This document shows positions 55,120 through 64,000 of a DNA stretch of 64,000 nt, piece by piece. Origin of the DNA: Octopus vulgaris (lineage: Eukaryota); NCBI GenBank assembly GCA_951406725.2, contig OX597819.1:23250001-23314000 (forward strand). The letters run 5' to 3'. Under the pieces are notes generated by a model. The model was not told the DNA's origin and did no database searches. It was given only the letters and a program-made list of their open reading frames with translations. Made by a program: the position numbers and the translations under genes. Numbering within the stretch: the stretch's first letter is position 1; each line of letters starts with the position of its first letter.

Positions 55120-55929
55120 TCAGAAGTTTAATATAACAAAAGAAATATGGGGCATAAATATATGAATTAGCTGTAAAAAATGTAGAATTCACGAGTTAGT
55201 TTATGTGAAGAACTGAATCAAAATGCATTGGATTAAATAAACAGACAACACGAAAACAACAAAGAAACCTACACCTGTAAATATAAAACCCAGATCAGTA
55301 CCCTAATATATAATCAAACAGTATTTTATTTATTGCTTTGAAACTTAAGGCAACAAGATGGCATAATTGTTATCACATCGGGCAGAATTGTTTAGCGTCA
55401 GTTCTTCCCGTTTTATGTTCTGAATTCAAATTACACCGAGGTCAGTTATGCTTTTCATCCTTACGGGATCAATAGAATTAAGTGCCAGTTGAGCAGGGCG
55501 GTCCATGTAATCGACAATCGTTATCCCGCCAAAATTCAGGTTTTGTACCTGCAGTAGAAAGAACTAATTATTTTGTGCTTATTAACTTCACAACTTATCT
55601 GAGATCTGAGACAATTTCTCTTTCTAAACGTCACTAAATTCCATAACTTTTCAGTAATGGATTTAAACTACATCGAGTACAATTGATCTCAAAGTTTCAT
55701 TAATATTCTTAAAATCCCCTTCCCAGTCCCTTGAAGATCTTCGTGCTAACCTTAGACTTGGATTCCAAACTAAATCAAAATATGTTTCTATTGATTTGTA
55801 ACATTGGCAAGAAGCCAGCACTTTGTAAAAGCATAGGTATTGTCGATTAGATTGATTCCATTATGTTTAATAAAGAAACAGAGGGAGAAACCAGGAAGGA
55901 ACAATCGATTACAGTCTTAGCCAAAATAG

Positions 55930-55985
<56 letters not shown>

Positions 55986-56424
55986 CATGTGTGTATGTAT
56001 GTATATCTCTCTGCATATATGTCTAAAATATGTATGCATGCATCTTTATTAATGTGTGTGTGTAACTCTAACAGATCTGGAGCTTTTATTCACTGGTAAT
56101 AAAAAAAAGAGACTGCGCACGTACTTCACAGAAGGTCTAAGAGACTGATTTTAGTGACAATAGTCACATATTAAACCATATAAGGAGGGGAGACCCAACG
56201 GCAATACATTATGATATTATACATAAAGACTCTGAGATAATAGCACTTGATCTTCCTCTCAGTGCAAAACGATGTCGATCTCTGATAGAAATGAGGAAAC
56301 TATCCAAATAGAAAGGCAGGTCAATAGAAATATCCGGAAAGTGGGAAGTAAAAATTGAAAATGTCTCCCAAATAGGTGTCTTGATAAGAATTGGCAAAAG
56401 ATGATATAAAAATATTGTTTAATA

Positions 56425-56720
56425 TCGTAACACTCCGTCGGTGACGACAGCGAGTGGTACAGTTGATACGATCAACGGAACAGCCTGCTCGTGAAAACGG
56501 GTAAGTGACTGAGCACTCCACAGACACGGGTACCCTTAACGTAATTCTCGGGGAGATTCAGCGTAACACAGAGTGTGACAAGGATGGCCCTTTAAAATAT
56601 AAGTACAACAGAAACAAGAAGAAAGGGTGAAAGGAAGTTGTGGTGGAAGAGTACAGCAGGGTTCGCCACCACCCACTGCCAGAGCATCGTGGAACTTTAA
56701 GTGTTTTCGCTCAGTAAACC
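56425..56720 (-). mobile_element. SINE family A, 5'-truncated
   Basis: Body and tail match 53512-53897. Confidence 0.8.
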
Positions 56721-57164
56721 ACGATCCCCAAATGTTGCCAGCAAATAGATTACGGCGAAAGAATATAGCAAGAATATCACAACCTGATTGTTGTAAAGCC
56801 ACTGTTGTATCTGTCTTTGTTCGACGGTTGTCACTCTGACAGATATTGTTATATTCCGAAGTGGTTGATAGAAGTGTTCTCAGGTGGCACTCTATGATCC
56901 CCAATCGTACTGTGTTATTATCCTCAAAAGACTGGATCGTTATAACGTCCACTCAGTATCACAGTATAATTACTATATCAGCACAGACACGACTCTCAAC
57001 ACAGTCTAGCACATACTTCCCGTGCTCTACGTACTCGCTCGATACCGGCCGAGGTCACCTTACTTGTAGTGACTGGGTCATTCCACTCGTCACGTGGGAG
57101 ACGTGTACCATTATTACTAATTCTCTACGACACTAATAAACAGTCTATTTCCTACATAGCATAA

Positions 57165-57452
57165 TCACATGATCGACCAGACAATCGGGTGTTGTTATAC
57201 AACGCTGATCACAGTGCGCTTTGCATCGTTTTAGCTTTCGAAAGATGCCACCCTTCACTGGCTACGTGAGCTGTCGAAGATTACTCCCTATCGGAAGATT
57301 AATCCACCGCATGGTTACAACTGAGTGGACTGGCGCAACGTGAAACGAAGTATCTTGCTCAAAAGCACAATGCGCTGCTCGGTCTGAGAATTGTACCCAC
57401 GATCGCTATATCGTGAGTGCAATACCCTAACCACTTGGTCACGTGCCTTCAT
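57165..57452 (-). mobile_element. SINE family B head with tail Y
   Basis: Head similar to 20602-20940; tail shared with 58207-58515. Confidence 0.7.
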
Positions 57453-57491
57453 AACATATATTCATGAAAAACATGTTAATTTTATAGTATA

Positions 57492-57858
57492 CTAGCAGTA
57501 TCGCCCGGTGTTGCTCGGGTTTGTAAGGGAAATAACTATATAGCATTTTTAGAGAGTTATAGCCAAAAAATAGCAAAAAATGCATTAAAAATGAAAAAAA
57601 GATTATGGTAATTTTTTTTTTAATCGTTGACTCATCGTAGACATTTTTAGAGAGTTACTTCCCTTATATTTAAAAAATATGCATTAAAATGGAAAGAAAT
57701 GATGGTAAATTATTTTTAAAATCGTAGACAGAAGGGCTCGATATGAATCACGACTATAAGATACCTGGTTTTGGTTAAACTGCACCGCAAAATGTGGGAG
57801 TAGTTAGGAATCTTAATCGGAGTAGACAGACACACAACCTTTCTTTTATATATAAAGA
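57492..57858 (-). mobile_element. Non-autonomous Helitron, same family as 35323-35723
   Basis: a|ctagcagtatcgcccggtgttgctcggg...ttttatatataaaga|t. Confidence 0.9.
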
Positions 57859-58206
57859 TTTTAACTTTTATCTTTTATTTGTTTCACTGATTAGAAAATG
57901 GTTGTGTATGGGAACCCCTTAAAAGGGTTTTATCGAACATAGCGATCACAGTGCTAATTTTTTAAGTTTCATGTCTGGTACTTATTCTATCAGCATTCTT
58001 ACCGAGCTGCTAGGTTACAGGGACGTAAACAAACCATCAATCTATATCTTTTGAATTCGGTATCTAACGCGAAGGAAACACTAAATGCATGTTTTGTAAA
58101 TTAAATATATTTCGACATTTATTTTCTGTTAGTTATTATAGACATCCAGCGAAAAACATACATCAACTTCCCCAATATAATTTTGGTATGATCTATTATT
58201 GTTTGT

Positions 58207-58515
58207 GGAGGCGCAATGGCCCAGTGGTTAGGGCAGCGGACTCACGGTCGTAGGAACGCGGTTTCGATTCCCAGACCGGACGTTATGTGTGTTTATTGAG
58301 CGAAAACACCTAAAGCTCCACGAGACTCCGGCAGGGGGTGGTGGCAATCTGTGCTGTACGCTTTCGCCACAACTTTCTCTCACGCTTTCTTCTGTAGGCC
58401 TGCTCGCTTAGCCAGCGGGGTGGCGTCATTTGAAGGCTAAAACAATGCGTAGCGCATTCTGACCAGCGATGTGTAGCAACATCTGATAGCTTGGTCGGTC
58501 ACGGTGATCGCAGTG
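58207..58515 (+). mobile_element. SINE family A head with tail Y, 12-bp TSD
   Basis: attattgtttgt at 58195-58206 and 58516-58527. Confidence 0.85.
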
Positions 58516-58789
58516 ATTATTGTTTGTATTGACTCTAAAATGACACCTAAATTTTTATCGAATAGTTTGTTCGCTCATTAATTCATTGTTCCAAAAAAAT
58601 CAGCAATCGGTTGTGCCTAAACTGATATTGGTGTGCCTTTTTACAGCATAAAATAATTTGAAGAATAGTATACTATGAATTCTAGTTGAGTCATTTTTAG
58701 TGTTTCCCCATTGAAGAGCTTTCTTTGCCTTCAACGTAATAAACCTCTTCTCCTCATGCTACACTGATATTCCCTACAGTTTGTTCTCT

Positions 58790-58995
58790 TTTAATCTTTT
58801 ACCTGTTTCAGTCATTTGACTGTGGCCATGCTGGAGCACAGCCTTTAATCGAGCAAACGACCCCAGGACTTATTCTGTGTAAGCCTAGTACTTATTCTAT
58901 CGGTCTTTTTTGCCGAACCACTAAGTTACGCGGACGTAAACACACTAGCATCAGTTGTCAGGCGATGTTCGGGGTGGACAAACACAAACATATAC

Positions 58996-59051
<56 letters not shown>

Positions 59052-59397
59052 ATAGTAAATAGGGTAATAAAAATAAATTATTATTACCAGTGACCTAGCA
59101 CAAAAGACGAATTAGTCATTAGACTATATGTTATTCATATATAAATACATTAAAAGGCTTCCAAATAAAGAAGCGAGTGCTAGATACACAAAAAGGGGAT
59201 AAATTCATGAAATGGAATGAAAATCAAAAACGTTTACCAACTCAGCTAATCCTGCACCGCGGTTTCATCTTTTTTTTAGCAAATGAATAGAATTTATCTG
59301 CCAAGGCCAGAATCATCAGCAGGAAGCCTTTGTAATCCAAGATGTACATACCGTTATCTAGCACTCGCTTCTTTATTTAGGAGCCTTTTAATGTATG

Positions 59398-59456
<59 letters not shown>

Positions 59457-59620
59457 GACGGGCTTCTTTTAGTTTCTGCCTACCAAATCCACTCACAAGG
59501 CTTTGGTCGGCTCGAGGTTATAGTAGAAGACACTTGCCCAAGGTGCAACGCAGTGGGACTGAACTCAGAACCATGTGGTTCGTAAGCAAGCTACTTACCA
59601 CGCAGCCACTCCGGCGCCTA
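58790..59620 (-). mobile_element. CORE-like SINE with a PLE-like insert (59045-59396) in its internal (TA)n
   Basis: SINE tail 58790-58990 and head 59455-59620 flank the insert. Confidence 0.8.
59251..59323 (-). ncRNA. Hammerhead-like motif, non-canonical GTG triplet
   Basis: Minus strand cctg-CTGATGA-t-tct...aga-t-GAAA-ccgcgg-TG-cagg. Confidence 0.55.
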
Positions 59621-59774
59621 CGTATTCAATTATATTATTCAATTCGCTATATCGTCTGATACATATTCATCCAACATTTTATGCTAAAATATTTAATCGT
59701 ACTATATACATACACTCACACACATACACACACACATGTATACATACACGGGCGCGCGCACATAAACACACACA

Positions 59775-59823
<49 letters not shown>

Positions 59824-60139
59824 ACATATATACATTATTCAAAACTCTCCGATTCGATTCCATACAGTTTCAAGTTTCGCAGATCCTTGACTGGAGCCCG
59901 ATTCCTTCATGCTTCTACAATGCCGAATGGAAATATTCAGGAAGTCCAAGAGAGCTGCCATAGATCAAAGAAGATCACATGGTATTGTGGAGAATAATGT
60001 CAATTCCCTAGCGACACCAATTCCATCAGTTGGACAGGAAATTGGTGGTGTGAGTGTGTCTGGATATGGAAAAGGCAAGGCCGGTGTGTATGAGATTGTA
60101 TGCATGTGTGCGCTCCTGTGTGTTTGTGTGCGTACATAA

Positions 60140-60610
60140 GCATATAATCGACTTAATCCGTTTGTCTGACCTTGTTTGTCCTCTCTGTGTTTAGCCCCTT
60201 GTGGGTAGTAAAGAAATAGGTATTTCGTCTGTCTTTACGTTCTAAATTCAAATTCCACCGAGGTCGCCTTTGCCTTTTATCCTTTCGGAGTCAATAAATT
60301 AAGTGCCAGATGCGTACTAGGGTCGATCTAATTGACTGGCCCCCTCCCCAGAAATTTCGGGCTTTCTGCCTAGAGTAGAAAGGAATCTACCCATATCCAC
60401 TGCAAGCCGGCAGAAACGTTAGCGCACCGGGCGAAATGCTTAGCGGTATTCTGTCTGTCTACGTTCTAAATTCAAACGTTGCCGAGGTCGACTTTGTCTT
60501 TCATCCTTTCGGAGTGGATAAATTAAGTACAAGCTGCGTACTGAGGTCGATCTAATCGACTGAACCCCTGCCCCAAAATTTCGAGCCTTGTACCTGGAGT
60601 AGAAAAGTTT
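60140..60610 (+). mobile_element. Tandem Meta-like SINE copies
   Basis: Repeated gaggtcg...tcctttcggagt...aaattaagt bodies. Confidence 0.8.
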
Positions 60611-60747
60611 AATATGTATGTGAATAAATATATTTAAAAACGACTACGTTTTTCAAATTCAGGTGCACTTTGAAACCCCAAAACACATTCTCCTATATTT
60701 TTTCCTGCGTGGAAACACACCTCTTCACTCCACACATACACACACAA

Positions 60748-60807
<60 letters not shown>

Positions 60808-60846
60808 ATGTATGTATATATATATATATATGTGTGTGTATGTATG

Positions 60847-60906
<60 letters not shown>

Positions 60907-61004
60907 CATATATAAAATTTAATAAGGGTAGAAATTGATGTTAATCAATTAAAACCAGTAGCCTAGCATATTAAAAAAATCCGAAGATTAAAATAAATAT
61001 TTTC

Positions 61005-61177
61005 ACATACAAAATTTAAAGGACTGACCACTAAAAGTGGACGGACAACATGCTAGATATAGACGTCAAATCACTATTTTATACAAAAATACTTTTTGTG
61101 GAAAATAGCGATTTGACGTCTATATCTAGCATGTTGACCGTCCACTTTTAGTGGTCAGTCCTTTAAATTTTGTATGT
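61005..61177. repeat. ~85-bp-arm near-perfect inverted repeat
   Basis: acatacaaaatttaaaggactgaccactaaaagtggacgg... mirrored with few mismatches. Confidence 0.95.
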
Positions 61178-61202
61178 ATATATATATATATGTATATGTA
61201 TA

Positions 61203-61253
<51 letters not shown>

Positions 61254-61499
61254 TTATATACTTATAGATATATATTCATATATGTATGTATATATGTATA
61301 TATACATATATGCTAAAGTTGGACAGTGAGAATAAGTGGATAGATTTTCTTTATTTGGGGGTTACGCGCTTATATGCATTCGTTTCGACAACAAATCGAT
61401 GAATGAAACAGATGAACTTCGAGATCCGTTCATTGTTCTGCTAGTTTGTTGTTGTTAGTCGTTTGTGGTGAGAATACTTGAGTGGAGCATATAGAAAGC

Positions 61500-62870
61500 G
61501 GCATAGGTTTATTGTGGCGCTCCACTTCACAATATAATGATGCAGTGAAATTATATGTTTTGAAACGAAATGAGAATATGAGGAACAAAACTTTCATAAT
61601 AATACCAGAGGAAAAATATAGGTTCTGGTTTAACCAGTCCGTCATCTAACATTTTTAACTATCCCCTCTTTTTTCAGCATGTGGATAGCATCTAATATAT
61701 CTAGAAACTGCCCGTTGGTAATATATTATTTCCGTTTGCACCAGTAAATAACGTAAACATACGAAGAATATTGCAAAACTTGTTTTGAAAGATTATTGGG
61801 ATAGTTCCCTGGGAAATATACGTTTGAAAGTAAGAGGAACTGTTATAAGAATAAGGCAATTTCAGTAATAACATACATGGCGGACATGATAGTAAATGAT
61901 TCAAAACTGTGCTATTGTACGGAACTAAGAGAAAGATATCTGTAGAATGAATCAAATAATGCTATATTGTATAATAGAGAACACATTTAAGAGCTGACAC
62001 ACATAACGTATATATGTTTCATATCAAAACATAGAATATTTTCTACCTCTATATTACGGTATGTCTGGAAAGCAAAGTTCAATGTAATTGATATATTCCG
62101 CATAATTTCACCCATAGTTGAAACTGCAACACCATAATTAAATAAAGAAGAAAGCTGCAAGGTATGTCTGGCTGAGAAATCTAATATTTTTATTCAAGAC
62201 TTCAAAATATTAAATCAAATGTTTGAATCATTACCCAGATACCGATTGCCTGTTTTGCATTATTGCGTTTGTAATTGAAAGCTGTGCTCGCTCAATTTTA
62301 ATAATATATACAAACATTTATTCAGACAATAGTTATATACCAGTAGTTTTCCTTCATGGAATTACCACATGCGACATCCTGGATGAGATTTCATTAATTT
62401 TGAAATTTATAGAGAAACCTCTGTCCAGCCCAAACAGCCTTTGAATTTACACAGTTATTTACACTGCCCCAATATTCTTAACATTATCTGGCAAAAACTG
62501 AACAGTGGAACTTAAGATAACTTACCACTGCTGAATGCGCTGGCTATATAAGCAATGTGTTCGGATGCGAGAAATGGTTAGATTGGTGCTGATGAAGGGA
62601 CAAGAACCCCTGAAATATGGCATATACACTTATTAACCCATTTTTGTTTTCGATCTCATTTTTAGTTCACGTCTGACGTCTCCATACGAAACGCTGTAGC
62701 AAAAATCAGCGCTAGCTAAAATTTCTATAGAATACCCGCACAAATAACCTTAACAAATTAATGTAAAAGGCACTTCTAACGTAGTAGGACGTGGTATTGA
62801 CTTATAAAAACATTTAATGTACTTTATAACATATTATGGCTCCATAACGAAATACCACGTGTGTACAAAT
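61500..62870 (+). mobile_element. Decayed Penelope-like element: GIY-YIG region plus terminal repeat
   Basis: Scattered peptides YNDAVK, NIAKLVLK, ENTFK, YVWKAK, CKVCLAEKSNI, ILNQ, followed by a hammerhead. Confidence 0.6.
62585..62630 (+). ncRNA. Type I hammerhead ribozyme, intact core
   Basis: ggtg-CTGATGA(62589-62595)-aggg-acaagaac-ccct-GAAA-tat-ggc-ata-TA-cact; outer aaatggtta/taacccattt extension. Confidence 0.8.
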
Positions 62871-62882
62871 CATTAGTAAATA

Positions 62883-64000
62883 CGAGGGGCGTTCAATAAG
62901 TAATGCCTCTGACCCACTTCCAATAGCAGTAGAGCAACGAAACTTAGCACAGTTATTAGTCTTTTTCTACATAGGAACCACCCAGAGTTACACATTTCTC
63001 CCATTGTTTGATGCAGCTCTGGAGACCGTTTTTGTAGAAGACCCCAGTTTGGTCCTCCAACCACGACGTGACTTCAGAAATCAAGGTTGCATCATCTGGG
63101 AAACGCTTTCCTTTCAAAAACAACTTCATGGCTTGGAAGAGGTGAAAATCAGAGGGTGAAAGGTCAGGAGTGTAGGGGGGATGGGGGAGGAATTCATAGC
63201 CGCACGCCTGTGCTTCTGATCTGGCGACATGCGAGTTATGAACCGGAGCGTTGTCCTGCAGGAGGAGGATGCCTTTGCTGATCTTTTGCCGCCTCTTGAT
63301 TTTGATAGCTTCTCATAATTTCTTCAAAAGTGAAGCATAATAGGCTTCTGTAATTGTGGTACCCTTTGCCAGGAAATCTGTCATCACTACTCCGTCCTGG
63401 TCCCAGAAGACTGTGAGCATGACCTTGCCAGCGGAGGGCTGCACCCTTGCCTTCTTTGGAGGAGGTGAGTCACGATGCTTCCACTGCATTGACTGGGCTT
63501 TGGTCTCTGGATCATCGTGATGGACCCAGGTTTCATCCTGTGTAATCAGTCTTTTGAAAAATTTTGACTCATCTTCTTGGCACATCTCCAAATTCATCCT
63601 CGAGCACTCAACGCGTTCTTGCTTCTGGAAAGGTGTGAGCAACCTGGGAATCCATCTGGCAGATACCTTTTGCATATGCTAATGGTCATGAATGATATTT
63701 TACACAGATCCGGTACTAATCTTGACCTCATGGGCTATTTGGCGAATAGTTATGCGTCGATCTTCCAAAATGGCAGCCTCAACTTGACGGACAGATGCCT
63801 CATCAATGGCAGAAGGGAGCGACCAGATCTGAGAGCTGTTTCCACAGAGTTCCGACCATGTTTGAATTCACGATGCCAGCGTTTTACAAGGTCATATGAT
63901 GGCGCATCATCACCATAAGTTACTTTCATTTCATCCAAAGTCTCCCGTGGTGTGCGTCCTTTCAAATACAAAAACCGGATCACTGCACGACACTCAACTG
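62883..64000 (-). mobile_element. mariner transposase pseudogene (irritans-like), runs off the window
   Basis: TA-CGAGGGGCGTTCAATAAGT TIR; VSARWIPRLLT, LITQDETWVHH, SAGKVMLTVFWD, LQDNAPVH; frameshifts. Confidence 0.92.

Overview
Eukaryotic, very repeat-rich animal DNA. The SINE set, extreme microsatellite load and divergent 28S fragment suggest an octopus genome (inference). I found no credible host protein-coding exon, so this is a gene desert or a very large intron, and most supplied ORFs are microsatellite artefacts. Real coding signal comes only from decayed transposons: three tandem Dong/R4-type RLE retrotransposons in (TAA)n repeats (5.0-8.6 kb), two Tc1 and four mariner copies, RTE and CR1 fragments, Penelope-like (PLE) GIY-YIG remnants, and a 1.95-kb ORF1-only Tx1/L1-like element with a 15-bp TSD. 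Also present are three non-autonomous Helitrons, four tRNA-derived SINE families and an orphan 28S rRNA fragment. The most interesting signal is about a dozen type-I hammerhead-ribozyme-like motifs from several unrelated families. Several lie in a recurring 'unique tail + fold-back hairpin inside (TA)n' architecture, including a back-to-back hammerhead palindrome at 39347-39486. Coordinates were read by eye and boundaries of decayed repeats are approximate.
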